Shown in pieces: positions 1 through 13,648 of a DNA stretch of 64,000 bases. The DNA is taken from NCBI GenBank assembly GCA_020137815.1, contig CM035356.1:1364001-1428000 (forward strand), in the 5' to 3' direction. The notes under the pieces were generated by a model. It saw nothing but the letters and a program-made list of their open reading frames with translations. It made no database searches and had not been told where the DNA came from. The translations under genes and the position numbers were made by a program. Numbering within the stretch: the stretch's first letter is position 1; every line of letters begins with the position of its first letter. The DNA comes from Hormiphora californensis (taxonomy: Eukaryota; Animalia; Ctenophora).

Positions 1-771
1 CTGCACAGATCAATCGGTATATTAATATTATCAATTGATTTGGGCTCCGCGCACCATAGGCTCAAAATGAGAGGTCAAGACGGCCCTGTTTAAGTTCCCC
101 CCGCTAGCCAAGCGATGTATAGGATGTGCCGTTGTACCAGACGCCGGACCAAACTTTGTTTGCCTAAGTTGGGTATTCACTTTGTTGGTCACTCCTGGAT
201 ACCAGAATCCAGGTGTGACCAGGATGACCAGCGCCGGGCCGAGAAGGCACTGGGGGCAAACAAGGGGCATTGGGAGTTTCGTAGTTTCACAAAGGGCCCC
301 AACATAGCGCTAGCCTTCGGTGACACTAAGGACGCGGAGAGGTCGCGAGAAAAAAAAAAAAAAAAAAAGAATAGCTGAACTCATGAGGTGTGTACCAAAT
401 TCCGCTCTGTTGGATCACCTGTTGCTAGAGCGACGCGCGCGCCTATTTAGTCCAGAGTCATCGCGCCCTCCAAACAAGTCCCACACGCGCGACGGAGTGT
501 GTCACTGTGTCACAATTCTGCACAGTGCACAGTTCTGCAGCAGAAACCATAGGCTTTTAAAAAATATGCAAAAATAATAATGACTACTAGAAGTTGCTTG
601 TTGCATGGATTAGTAAATGAATGGCCTTTTGCAGGAAACCTGCATAATTAAAACCACAATTCACAAAACTACAACTCCCTAGATTTGACTTTTTAACTCT
701 CCAACAAGCAAGAATTTAAACACACTTTGACATATAACTCACAGAGCAGCACTAATACGATCCAGACTTAC

Positions 772-2690
772 GTGGAATTTTAGACATCGTTACAGCACGT
801 GGTAGTTCCCTGGCCAGATTAATGCCACTGTGTGGGACATGGATGGCAGTCTTGGGCTTCATTTGTCGAGTTACTTCAGTTTTAAAAACCATCGTGTCCA
901 CCATGGATTTGTTGTGGATGTTCTTAACTAGCTGGATGTCGTCTGTACCGTGTCCCCAGGCCTTGGGGTAACCTGGGGGAATATGAAATTACATAAATAC
1001 TGTACTAGAGAGGGTCTAGTACTGCTGTCTGCTGCAGCAGGGGAATCTTTCATGTGTCATTTCAATATTGAGGGCCCTCTAGAAATTGGAATTGTCTCAT
1101 TACAAGAATGTCTGTCCTATTTGCACCGAACCGTGAAGGATCAAGGACCTACCCTCGCAGTCCCAATATGTAGCAGCATCCTTGGCTGGGTATCCCAACA
1201 GCTCATTGTGGGCGAAGGGGCGGTGGGTCGCCTGGCTGGTTGTGGCATATGGGTCCAACCTCTTTAGCACTTGTCGATCAATGTTGTAGTAGACAGTTCC
1301 CGCGAATTTCTTGTTTTGGGACATCGGGATCATTTTCTGAGAGGGGGAGAGAGTGAGGGTCAGAGAAGTGTGTGCATGTCCTCTCAAATCAGTGTTCTCA
1401 TGCTGCGTGCAATTGAGTAATCTATAGATCTGAAGTGGTGGTGGCCTGCTGCAGCTGCTTTGACGTGCATGAAAAGTGTAGAGGGAGGATGAAAAATAGA
1501 CAGAGAAATGAAAAACAAATCCAACTCTTGAAGAATGAAGATTTTACATTGGACATCATTCATTACTACTACTACTTGAAGTACACGATAGAACAATATG
1601 ATTCTGTACGATAGTCCTTCTCTTTCTCTCTCAAGATTACTAGTTGAGTTACTAACCTTGCTAGGTCCATTTGTATCGTGATCACGAAGATGGAAAGATT
1701 GGGGATCAGCATTTGGTATTTCCATCTTGGGGAGCCCCCTGTACTGATCTTGTGCTTCAGAGAGTTGGTTTCTGAGAGAGGGATCTCAATTACACATGAT
1801 ACAATGGTACTGATTTGTAAAAACTAAACTAATCGGGGGAGAATACTGTCAGTATGAATTAGTTTTTATAGAATGCATGGTAACTTGGATAATCACCTAC
1901 CCCATAGTCAATGGAGCTCTCCATCTCCTCTCATCGAGTCTCTTAGTAAAGTCCTGAATGTAGGAAACCTTTTCCAAACCGGGTGCTCGTTTATAGTTGG
2001 GCAGTGCTCCTCTCTTCTCATCGTGGTAATGTGCAGTTGTGGTCTGGTAGTGCTCGCTGATTACCGGCCGCTGGGATTTAGCCAGCCCGTGCGGTAGGAG
2101 ACTATCAATAGTGTGCTGAGGAGAGAGGGAGAGAGGTCAAAAATTATCAGACTAAGCATCTCCCTGGATAGAAAACATACTAGATGAAGTTAGTGTTTTC
2201 TAAATCACTCCTTTTACCTTAAAATGTCGCGGTGGGAACTCGGGGGAACTACGGTAGATGAGCCCCTGCCCGGTTGTAGGGTAATGTCTGTCGTTATATG
2301 GCGGGTCACGGGGCCTTAGCTTTGAATGGTGACCAACTCCTGAAAGCAGCGAGTAATTGTTAGCATGATTATATAGTGCGATAATATAATAAAACTGAGA
2401 TTTATGAGATTCATGAACATTCTAGATCAAATTTACGTAGATCTACTTTATTCGATACCGTTATACTTTATCATATAATATTATATTCTGATTTCTGACG
2501 TAATTTTAATGCCTTTATTTTCCGATACTGGGGGAAATTTATCCTCCCGGTCAATCGAAATTTCGACTTTACCCATTAATGATGCTGTACCTGTTGACGT
2601 AAGGTGAAGGTCATTCCTTTTATCCTCGTTTCTTTTCCGAACCATGTGTGATTCTTGATGGGGCATTGGGTTTCGATGCATATTCGCCAT
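772..2690 (-). CDS. Multi-exon uncharacterised protein, possibly a ciliary microtubule-inner/SAXO-like protein; 3' end not resolved
   Basis: GT-AG exons at ~2590-2690, 2218-2340, 1902-2117, 1657-1771, 1152-1337 and 772-972 give consecutive peptide reads (MANMHRNP...YQTTTAHYHDEK...WRAPLTMGNQLSEAQDQY...LDPYATTSQATHRPF...ATYWDCEGYPKAWGHG). The YxTTxxxx[HY] motifs resemble Mn motifs (inference). Confidence 0.7.
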
Positions 2691-3068
2691 ATTCTAGGAC
2701 GGGAGAAATATAAGTTTTACTCAGATATGACACAATACAGTTTACTAAAAAGGGAAATAGTTGGTTCCCGTGATTTGTTTTATCCAAGTTGCTGATTGGC
2801 GCCCAGTTTATATGCACGCCAAGATTTGATTATAGCCGTGAATATATTATTCCAGCATATAATAATAATCCCGGATATATTTACCCTCGTCCAGGGATAA
2901 AACCTAAGAAAGAGTAAACGAGGGAAATAAGTAAAAAGTGAAGAGTCAAAGAGATATTATGCGGTGGATCGTAGGAGAGAGATAATAGGTAGGTAAGAGT
3001 AAAGGAAAGAGAGTAATGGAAGAACAGGAGATCCAAGCGCAGCTAAGATCTAAGGGTTTCTAGAAGAG

Positions 3069-3091
3069 GGAGGGAGGGAGGGAGACGGAGG

Positions 3092-3165
<74 letters not shown>

Positions 3166-3198
3166 GAGAGAGAGAGCGGAGAGAGAGAGAGAGAGGGA

Positions 3199-3246
<48 letters not shown>

Positions 3247-3262
3247 GAGAGAAGAGAGGATA
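3069..3262. repeat. (GA)n microsatellite
   Basis: Direct read. Similar GA tracts at ~36600-36710, 37320-37390, 41250-41345, 43155-43245, 50445-50517, 58155-58240 and 59440-59503. Confidence 0.97.
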
Positions 3263-3403
3263 GCTAGCTAGACCTCGAGATCCGATCTCGCGCTATATAG
3301 CGATGCTCATTGTCGAAGAGCCTAAGTTTTAGTGTATTTATTGATGGATGCGTGAGAGCTGTTGCAGGGAATCTTGCAGCGTTGCAAACATTACTTAGAT
3401 AAG

Positions 3404-5895
3404 ATGATCTTTGTTTTCTTTGTTGCCCTTCAACTGACCCAGGTATTGATTGACAAATAACTAAATGGAAATTAATGTATTTATTAATATTAGAGATTTT
3501 CATATGCCTCTTCTGGCCTAAATTTACCTTGAACAAAACATTCCTAAATCGTATCAGGATAATTAAACTAATAACATGACAGTGCCCATTCCCTTCGACA
3601 GGTTGCTGCCGAAACATCACCTGCGTGGTGGGTGACTGATGAACCCCAAACCCAACATGCCTTCCTAGAGGACGATGGTACAACTCGTCCAGTTTTAGAA
3701 ACAAATCCCCCGACACAGTATGATGGAGATGATGAGAAGAGCACACAGGCGATGGGTACAACATCTCCACCGCAACCTGACAACTTTGGAATCTATGACC
3801 CCAACCCAACCCCCATCATTCAGAAACACCCAGAAAAGACACTAGTCGTCCAGGTAAGTAGATAATTAATCCAACTATAATAAAAACGGTGTTGCATGCT
3901 GATTCGTAAAATCTGGGTCGCAGATTTCACCAGATTTCAGATTCTGGGATTTGCCATACCAAGTTACAAAAGAGCATTATATCTAATTACAGGAAGGGAG
4001 TCAGTTAGAACTCAGATGTTCTGCTACCGATATCGCGGACCATATTATTGGAGAGCACTCCCATGAACTCCGAGTAAGCGTACATTTTGAAGGAGATCTG
4101 AGGGCTCATCTTGACAAAGGTTAGCAAGATCAGGTCCATTTGTCTTGCCTTGTTCGACCCTCCTTCCCCGCGAGTTTGAACAAAACAACATTTGTCTGCG
4201 TCTGGAGGACGACCTGCTCGAAAGTATTAGCGGCCGTTCCGAGCACGCTTAAAAAGCGCCCAAAGTTCCATTTCAACTACATTATTTTCAACCAGGTGAG
4301 CGAGGTTTCCAGGGAGCAGAAAGTTCACAGAAGAAATTCACCAAGAACAAATACGGACGAATGGAGATAAATGAGATTTCCGAAATGTATCTTTATAAGT
4401 CAGAGGCAGAAAAGTCGGATCAGGGTTGGTAAGTGCATTTTGAAATTTCTTTTACATTTCGCTGTTAGTTTTTGTCTAGGCCCAAGGGTACATATGTATA
4501 TATTGGAGTGCCATGCCCTTGTACAATTACTCAACTTTATGTGCGACCCAGTACTAATTCACCCTCTGTTTTCAGGTACAGATGTAGGGCGTGTATCGAT
4601 GGGGAGAATATGTTTGGAGATGCCGTTCAAGTTTGCGACACCCAAGACATCAGATTCTGGGTGGAAGTTCAACCGTAAGTTGATATTATCACTCAATTCT
4701 CGCTCAATTAGTGAGCTACAAAAATAGGAAATTATGCATTGGTAAACTATAATTTCAGAACGAGCGACGGAGGACAATACGATCAACTAACGACCGCAAC
4801 AGCTACCCCTTATACAGATCCAGGGCAAACGGTTATACCTAAGAGAACTTGTCAGGTAGGGCATCAATAAGTTTTGTAGTACAAAATAGATTTAGAAGAT
4901 TTCATCAGCTAGTCTGGATTTCAGGTGACACTCTCTCTTATCAGGTGTTTGGAGACCCACACATCATGACATTTGATGGAAAGTATTTCAAGGGATCAAT
5001 GACCTCGTGCACCTACCTCCTCGCCTTAGATCGACACGACTTCACCTACTTTATCTATGGGACTTTTAGTGAGTGTGGAGACAAGTCACCCGGCACCTGT
5101 CTAAACACAGTCACTATATTCAGTGGTCAGGAAGTACTTGGCATGTATAGAGGGTGGATGGTGAGCAATAAGGGAAAGAAATATGAAATGCTCACCAATA
5201 TCATCATGAACCTGGATCCGTTTGAGGTTTCATTCGACGGTACACATCTAAGAGTTAACCTGAAGATCGCTGCCAACAAAGAAATCACTATTTCTTGGGA
5301 TGGATATGTTTCCGCCCATATCCAAGTGCCCAAGGGAGTAGCCTCGGAGGGTCTTTGTGGCAACAATGATGGAGATAGCTCCAATGATTTAGCGTTCTGG
5401 GGCGCCCCGAACGAGAGTATTATGGACTTCTGTAACTACATGAAAGTTGATAGGGAGGGAAAGTGTGGAGCCGGGGTAGAGCCAGTGAAGAGCCGGGATA
5501 TTTGCTCTAAGAAGGAGCTGAAGAAGGCAAAGAAGGCTTGTCAAAGTCTAATTTATGACCCGGCCTTTAGGTCCTGTACACACGAAAAGGAGAGCTTTAT
5601 GGAGGCGTGTGTGTACGACCAGTGCAAGGGTATCAAGGTCATCAACTATCTATACCGGGAGTTTATCATTGAAGACATTGATGAGAGGCTCACACCAGCG
5701 TGCATAGTGGCCGCTAACTACGCCTACAGATGCAGTCAACCATTTTGGCATGAGGACGGAAGTGTTGATGCTGAAATTCCCAACTTAACAAACTGGGAGA
5801 CGAAGGAATGTGCAGATAACGAGTTAAAACGGCTGATCATCCCCAAACTTGGGTGCCCTCAGGATGCTTCAGAGTATAAAGCGAAGCTAATCTAA
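3404..5895 (+). CDS. Secreted protein: signal peptide, Thr/Pro/Asp-rich linker, Ig-like region, von Willebrand factor type D (VWD) and C8 domains
   Basis: Exon 1 MIFVFFVALQLTQ (3404-3442), exon 2 3602-3852, Ig-like exons (EGSQLELRCSA; YRCRA). Last exon ~4945-5895 has FGDPHIMTFDGK..CTYLLA..GLCGNNDGDSSNDL (VWD) followed by C8-type Cys spacing. Confidence 0.85.
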
Positions 5896-6435
5896 TCAAA
5901 CCCGAACATTATGATAATATATATATATAATAGAGAATGTATCTTGTAGGTAATATAAAATCTAATGATTTATATACTACAGTAATGACCAACTATAACT
6001 TGAATGAAGAAGGATAGTAGATAATGATAGTAGAATCATAAACTAAGTGTACACGGAATAAAGCATTGTAATTATAAAGTAAATTTTCTTCAAAACTAAC
6101 CGACTCTGCAATGAATACACGTGATAAAGTATTACCCATAATACCGAAGGCCCAGTGCCGTCCCTGGTAAACACTGCAGTCCCCTACAATTATACCGGGA
6201 ATGTAGTAGCCCACAAGGGGTCTGGAATCTGAAGCGTATGCCAACACCAGTCAACGCTCAACGCGACGTTCTCAATGGCTAATTTTGGCTAATTAAAAGT
6301 TTATCTTGTAGGAAATTTCAAGTCCTAACTCCAGCCCGAATCCCAGCTCTAACCTTGCCAAGTTAGACTGCCATTCGCACGCCCCGCAGGCGAATTTATA
6401 AAATAAAATAAAAAGAATTTGAACAAAGCAACCCT

Positions 6436-6471
6436 AACTTTTCAACACTACTTTAAACAAATTAATTTGAG
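6436..6471 (+). other. Genomic copy of ctenophore spliced-leader exon (36 nt)
   Basis: AACTTTTCAACACTACTTTAAACAAATTAATTTGAG, identical to the copies at 16887-16922 and 58756-58791. Matches the Pleurobrachia SL as I recall it. Confidence 0.88.
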
Positions 6472-6492
6472 GTGCGGCATCCTCCACCTCAA

Positions 6493-7332
6493 ATGATTTC
6501 AGAAGATATGTCCTCTACAAATACAACTGAGGAACAACTGCGGATAATCTCGGAGCTGGTAGCTGAAGCGGATACCCCTGTCAAGGAGGTGCTCCAAGCC
6601 TATGATCCTGAGTTGACCTATGAGGAGATGCTACCGAAGATCGAAACACTCCCTGTAAGTGACCTAGAGGCTACTGCAGCTTTCCTCGGACAAGAGGTGA
6701 CATGTGTGACTGGAGCGAAAAAATACCACTCAGAGAGAACACTGTCAGACTGGATTATCATGAGGACTGAGGCTCTCTTTCCCCAAACATGTAGAGAGTG
6801 TAGTGAATCCTATACGGTGAAAAGGACTGATACACCCCCTGTTCGGTGTAACTATTGCGATGCTGGACTTCACAACTGTGCGGCTATCCGTGCTGAAGCT
6901 GGGAACACAACCAACACAAGGAGCCGAATATGGATGTGCAACGACTGTGTCTCAAAACATACTATTGAGAGGTTCAACAGTCACCTACCTGAGGGAGGTC
7001 CTCCAAACCCTACTCTTAATTCAACTCGACGCAGTTCAAATAGAGAGGTATTGGACAGAAGGACCAGTCAGCCTGCTGGCGGACGGAACGATCTTGCTGG
7101 CAGAAGGAATAATGGCCCACCTACCGGTGGAGATACAGGGTCGGACACGGAGGTTTGTAAATTCTACCTGCAGAGGAGATGCCGACACGGCAAAAACGGA
7201 ACCGCCAGGGTTGGAAACAGAACCTGCCCAAAAGCCCACCCCACCCTGTGTAAAAAGTTCTGTAACTATGGAACCATGAGGAGATTTGGATGTAATACTG
7301 AAAATTGCAACCTATTTCATCCTCCCCTTTAG
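6493..7332 (+). pseudogene. Non-LTR retrotransposon ORF1 (PHD finger + CCCH zinc fingers), 3'-truncated, SL-headed
   Basis: CNYCDAGLH..WMCNDC (PHD-like) and CKFYLQRRCRHG..CPKAHP..CKKF..GCNTENCNLFHP (CCCH), typical of CR1/L2-group ORF1. The frame ends abruptly at the junction with the host MITE. Confidence 0.75.
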
Positions 7333-9014
7333 CGGCTAAAGTAGGGTTAGGGTTAGGGGCTAGGGCTAAAGTTTAGCCCTAGCCCCTAACCCTAGAAACC
7401 GTTGCTTGGTGAATGGCGTGAATGGCAGTCTAACTTGGCAAAGAAACCGTGAGTGAATGTGTGTTGGCAAACGCTGCTGGCCATCGCTTGGGATAAGGCA
7501 GCGCTTTTCAAGACTGAGTGCTGACACTCAAAAAAGTAAAAACCCAGATTTGAACGTTTCCCAGTTGCAGCTGCAGTCTAGTGGTTATAAGGAACCATAA
7601 TAAAGTTCAAGAGCCTCCAAGAGCGCACCACAATCAAGAGAGACCAAAATCAAGAGCACACCACAATCAAGAGAGACCAAAATCAAGAGCACACCACAAT
7701 CAAGAGAGACCAAATCAAGAGCGCACCACAATCAAGAGAGACCAAATCAAGAGCGCACCTCATCCAAGAGAGCTCTCTATCCAGAAGATACCAGATGTGG
7801 TGCGCTCTTGAATTTGGTCTCTCTTGATTGTGGTGCGCTCTTGATTTGGTCTCTCTTGATTGTGGTGTGCTCTTGATTTTGGTCTCTCTTGATTGTGGTG
7901 TACGGTGGCTGATTCACGCCAACTTTTTTCTCGATGAAAAAATATCAAAGAAAAATTACGAAGAAAAATTTCAATGAAAAAAAACACACACAAACTTTTT
8001 TGGCGTGAATCAGCCACCAGCCATGGCTGATCTCCGCCAACGTTTCGCAAAAAAACATTGGCGTGAATCAGCCACCCCATGGCTGATCCACGCCAAGTGC
8101 GCGCGCGTGCGCACTGCTTACAACGCATGCTTTCATCATTACAATGTCCGCGCGCTCTTGTTACCCACGTGCTATACCGCCAAAAGTTCTACACTCACGT
8201 TTTTCCACCATACCAAACTCTGATATGAGATATCTGGGCCGGGTGTTGATATCTCATCTCAGTTGTACATTAGATATTAAAACAGTTAATTATTCGGCAG
8301 TTGAGGTAAATAAAATTTTTCCTATTACACTGAAAGAGTAAGACTGTACTGTCCAAATATTTGTCCAATCCTGGCACGGAACATCGAAGCATCATGGTGG
8401 CAGGTACTTGTCGATCAGGTTCAATGGGAATTGCCTCTCCGTCCTTTTCCTCGGTTTCGGTAAAAGAACCAAGGAACATATCGTGCATGATGTTCCACTG
8501 GACAGGAGCCACATATTTAGATGATCTCGCTGCCTGTAGGAGAGGGTGAGGGTTAGTTGATGTGTGTGGTGGTATCTATCAGATATAAAATCAAATATAA
8601 GATCTATGAGATATAAAATCATCAGCACCTAATATTTATATTAATTAGGCACCTAATATTTTCTTACCTGAGTCCTGATGATCAGCACTGGAATGAGTCA
8701 CAACTAGAATGTTCCGGGAGAGAGCGAAGCGAACTTGATAACATCCCTCTGAAAGGAATAGAATATTACTTATATACTTGTGTATAAAACCAGTTGTGAA
8801 TAGATCTGGATGGAGCCACGTACCTTGAGGGGATGGCCTGTGCTGGTGCTGTCACATGATCATAGTTTATCCAGAGGAATCCTGTTTCTGTTGCTATAGT
8901 CGGCTGTCTTGCCACTGTGGAGAGGGAAAGATTGATTGAAATAGTGATCAGAGAAAGATAAAAATAGAGTGGATTGTACAAAAAATGGGCAGGTAAGTAG
9001 ACCTTTGACCCTAA

Positions 9015-9461
9015 GGGCGCGATCACACAAGGATCTTCGAAACAATTGCTTCGAAGAACCAAGTTGAATCACACACAGATCTTTCCTTTAGTTGGTGCAA
9101 GTACGATCCTTATATGGAGCGAGCTCGCTCTCTCCAATGTTATCCCCTCTTTTGAGCTCTCTCTCCCACTCACTCTCTCTCTCTCGCGCGCAATTATCCC
9201 TTATATGGAGCGAGCTCGCTCTCTCCAATGTTATCCCCTCTTTCGAGCTCTCTCTCGCACTCACTCTCTCCCACGCAATTATCCCTTATATGGGGAGAAA
9301 AAGCGAGTGGGAGAGAGAGCTCGAAAGAGGGGATAACATTGGAGAGAGCGAGCTCGCTCCATATAAGGATCGTACTTGCACCAACTAAAGGAAAGATCTG
9401 TGTGTGATTCAACTTGGTTCTTCGAAGCAATTGTTTCGAAGATCTTGGTGTGATCACGCCC
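9015..9461. mobile_element. PIF/Harbinger-type foldback MITE
   Basis: GGGCGCGATCACAC...GTGTGATCACGCCC ends, TAA TSD (9012-14 and 9462-64), ~150-bp inverted arms. Confidence 0.88.
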
Positions 9462-9876
9462 TAATATAGGGCTGTTATATTCCCCCTAACTCATGACTGA
9501 TGATGTTAGCACGGTCACCATACTACTACTACTACGAGTGCCTGGGCTTGCCAACGGCAAGCCCACATAACAGGGGACTATAATCTCAAGTGATATCGCT
9601 GCAGCACTAGGAGAGCAGCCCCCCAATCCCCACGAAGAAACATGAAGTTACATCGGTGACCTGTCATCTGACACGAATCACTCGAAGGTGGCTCAAGGGT
9701 TGGAGGTGCGTCTCACCATTGCAACCAACTTACATCATTCAGCTGGGTATAAATCAGATCCACACTCTCCATATGGCTCACAAAGAGGAAGGTAGGTTCC
9801 TCCACCACACGCACGCTCAGGACAGGGATGGCCAGGATATCAGGATATGACTTCAGCAATTAGTAATATGTGTTAA

Positions 9877-11175
9877 GGGTACACCTCGGCGAAATTTTTG
9901 TCGAGTGCCCGCTTAGCTCACCATATGGGGTTGTAGGGCATACCCAGGGGACCTCAAATATGCAATTTTAGCCCTTAACTCGAATTCATATTTTTGCTAT
10001 AGCCCCTCAAAGTTGGAAAAAATAGGACCCTAAATCGCGGTTTTTAAGGTCCCTAAATTTTAATTTCAGGGCTAGAAGGCTGAAATTTTGGGGATTTGTA
10101 GAGGATACCAAGGTGTATCAGTCCAAGCGGTGATTTTTGAAATGGTGCTCAATTTTTTGTCTGAGACCATTTTACATTTTTTCGACTTTGAGGCCATATT
10201 TGGACATGTTCCTATGGACCGTTAAGGCTAAAAATCGGATATTTGGTGCTCCTAACAATTGTCAAAGTAGCCACAAATTTTCAGGAGGTCCGAATTTGAA
10301 ATGTGGCCTACAGGTTTCTTTTTGTAAAGCACATATTTTAGGAAAACTTAAAATGGCTATATCTCAAAAACGGTAGGTCCTAGCGATCTAATTTTGTGCT
10401 AAATCGATTCAGCGGATCCGATTTTGGGGGGGTTGTCTCATAGACATTTTGCTCTAAGTCTAACCGTTTTTTCAGAAATCGTATTTTAGATTTTTACACG
10501 TTTAGCAGAAATAGGTAAGATTAGCTCTAGCTAGAAGCATTTCTGCTAAACATGTACAAATCTTAAAATACGATTTCTGAAAAAACGGTTAGACTTAGAG
10601 CAAAATGTCTATGAGACAACCCCCCCAAAATCGGACCCGCTGAATCGATTAAGCACAAAATTAGATCGCTAAGACCTACCGTTTTTGAGATATAGCCATT
10701 TTAAGTTTTCCTAAAATATGTGCTTTACAAAAAGAAACCTGTAGGCCACATTTCAAATTCGGACCTCCTGAAAATTTGTGGCTACTTTGACAATTGTTAG
10801 GAGCACCAAATATCCGATTTTTAGCCTTAACGGTCCATAGGAACATGTCCAAATATGGCCTCAAAGTCGAAAAAATGTAAAATGGTCTCAGACAAAAAAT
10901 TGAGCACCATTTCAAAAATCACCGCTTGGGCTGATACACCTTGGTATCCTCTACAAATCCCCAAAATTTCAGCCTTCTAGCCCTGAAATTAAAATTTAGG
11001 GACCTTAAAAACCGCGATTTAGGGTCCTATTTTTTCCAACTTTGAGGGGCTATAGCAAAAATATGAATTCGAGTTAAGGGCTAAAATTTCATATTTGAGG
11101 TCCCCTGGGTATGCCCTACAACCCCATATGGTGAGCTAAGCGGGCACTCGACAAAAATTTCGCCGAGGTGTACCC
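9877..11175. mobile_element. 1.3-kb near-perfect foldback element, TTAA TSD, GG..CC ends (Kolobok-like)
   Basis: TTAA|GGGTACACC...GGTGTACCC|TTAA. Arms of ~636 bp with a ~26-bp spacer. Identical mirror ORFs at 10137(+) and 10915(-). Confidence 0.9.
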
Positions 11176-11533
11176 TTAATCTGTAATCAATGGACTCATG
11201 CCTGGAAAGGTAACCGAGTTTAGTGAATTCAAAATGGAATTGGTAAATTATGTAACAGTAGAAGTTGCTAAATGGACCTAATTTTCAATTCAACAGTGTA
11301 CTGCAGTCTTACAATGATAAGTACACAGATACAGTATTAATACACTGTACACTGTACACTGTAAACTGTACAGTGTACAGTGTCACATTGCAGCGAACAT
11401 TAGGCAAGTACTGCTACAGTATACTGGAATATTAGCATATGCTATTATGTATTATTACTCCTTGAGACCCACCTCAAAATATAATAGTAGTGGCATTTGA
11501 AGTCCGATAGCATTCACTTCATTTTCAGTTTAA

Positions 11534-12116
11534 GGCTATAAGCATACTGATCGTGATGATCATAATCAGGTCAGTGTGCGGACGTTTTGATGGTCACCAT
11601 CAAAGGAGCGCACACACTGATGGTTATCATCATGATGGAGGCTTGATGCATCATGATGTTCTCAAACCATAGTGTGTTCACGTTTGATCATCATAAACCA
11701 TAGTGTGCTCACGTTTGATCATCATAAACCATGCTCAACTTGCTGGAACTTGCCTTTTGATCATGATCATCATGACCAGTGTGCTCAGCATGATGATGCT
11801 ATCTCCCGGGAGCTCCCCCTTGCCTAGTCGCGCGCTCTGAGAGGCTGTTGCATATCACGTGACCTGTACAACAGCCTCTCGCGCGCGCGAAGTCGTACCA
11901 CGTGGTACATATCACATGACTACAGTGCAGCCCTCCATAAGAATAAGATCAGAACGTGCGCACACTAGGTGTTGATGATCATCATCCAACTTAAGAGACG
12001 TGATGATCATAATGTTCCGCACACTGCAGTTTTTTGCAGATGATGATGATCAAAACCATGAGCACACTTCATCTTTTTAACTGATCACGATCATCACGAT
12101 CAGTATGCTTATAGCC
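11534..12116. mobile_element. PIF/Harbinger-type MITE
   Basis: TAA|GGCTATAAGCATACTGATCGTGATGATC...GATCATCACGATCAGTATGCTTATAGCC|TAA. Confidence 0.88.
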
Positions 12117-13648
12117 TAACTCTAAGACAGGGTTATCAATGTATCTGTTGCAGTTTCTTTGTACACACTGAAATTGTATTTGAGTGTAACACGCATTATT
12201 AATACAGTCTGACCCCGATTTGGCAACCTCCTCGGGGGAAAGGTTTTTGTCTTTGAATCGGGGTGTGGCGAAATCGGGTTTTGCCTGTACAGACTTCCTA
12301 GGCTAAAGAGTGATGCTCTTGTATATATTACACACCGATGACAAAACAAGAAAGCGGTAATATACTTTTAGAAACAACAACCAGACACTGGGGGCTCAGA
12401 AAGTGTACATGCACCAGACGACCACCGCTGCGACTTGGGAACGCAACCGCGGGCCGTAAATGTAAATTTAAATATATCATTTATTATTCCCCTTTCTATT
12501 TAAAATCGGTCATTTGGACAGCCTACGCTTACCTACTCTAACTCTAAAGTGCTACATCCCTTGATCCCACCTCCTACCTTCGGGGCTGGGACAGTCACCA
12601 AGAAGAGGAAGAAGAACCTGCTACATGGAAAATGAGACGGTATCATCATAATGCCCCTATTTGTGACACAAATTTTGTGCCGGGTTGTAATTCTGCACAA
12701 TGAATTGATAAAAATCAGGTTTAACTGTCCTTGAGATTAAATTAAATTGATTAAAATACATGCGTCAGATTGTTTATCACATTGTGATCATGTCTGATGT
12801 CGAGATCCCAATTCCAGTCACGTGACCTTATAACGAGAGAGTGATTGAAGTAGAGAGCAGCATCTGTCTGGTATCCTACAGCTTGTTACCACTTCCAGAC
12901 ACCATGATCATGTCTGCTTGGTCAAGGTGAAAAAGGAGAGCGGTATCCTTGCAGTAACACGTGACGAATTCGTGTAAGAGGCCTCATTAGCCCACTAGAA
13001 TCAGCTGGACATGTGATCTTTGAGGGGTAAAATGACCTAAATTTGGCCTAATTAGAGCGTGTTACATCACTTTAAACAGTTCCTGTGAACAGACGGTAAA
13101 AGTTATCAACTCGTAAATCAGACAAAACATTCAAAATTGTCTTATCTGTCTCTCCTAAAAATCTGAACTCTCTATCTCATTAGACTCCAGAGATATGACT
13201 GTGTAAAGTTGGAGGAGGTTTTGTGGCAATAAGTTCATTCAGGAACACGGAAACTTTCTGAAAATCTGGGAGAATAAATGAGAAATTATGTTTTATCGTG
13301 TCCCAAAATTTGAAGTCGAAAGATGCCATAGTTTTTACACAATTTGAGATAGAGCAGTCTCAGTCATTTAAAATCACACAGTATATAAAAGATTAATATC
13401 ATTTCTGTCTGAAATAAGACGTGTTGTGTCGGAATCATAGAACTCGAACACCGTGGTCTCAGATAATAAACGCACACCACGATCGGTCACAGAGTGAACC
13501 TGCAAAGTGGGACAACACCGAAGTGTCGAGAGTACCCTCGTATCCATCACGGAACCCGGTATTGTCGGATTGCTATTTCAATAATCTCAATTCATTCACG
13601 CCATCACACGAATAAAAAATAAATATAAAATATCATAAAATTAAAAGT

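Larger units (their letters stand above)
6355..7441. mobile_element. Small TIR element (TTGCCAAGTTAGACTGCCATTC ends, internal TTAGGG-like motifs) interrupted by an SL-headed retro-fragment
   Basis: Inverted repeats at 6355-6376 and 7420-7441. A related left end occurs at ~22621. Confidence 0.7.

Noticed and set aside
6436-6560. SL RNA gene (SL followed by GT)
   Set aside because: GTGCGG is a poor donor, there is no evident Sm-site/short intron or tandem array, and it runs straight into an ORF1. The other two copies lack GT.
7340-7395. Telomere or interstitial telomeric array (also ~16165-16222 and ~22050-22110)
   Set aside because: Only a few degenerate TTAGGG units inside small dispersed repeats.
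10137-10915. Twin identical 79-aa ORFs
   Set aside because: Mirror products of the foldback arms with no domain signal. The same applies to 33591/33960 and 9046/9194.
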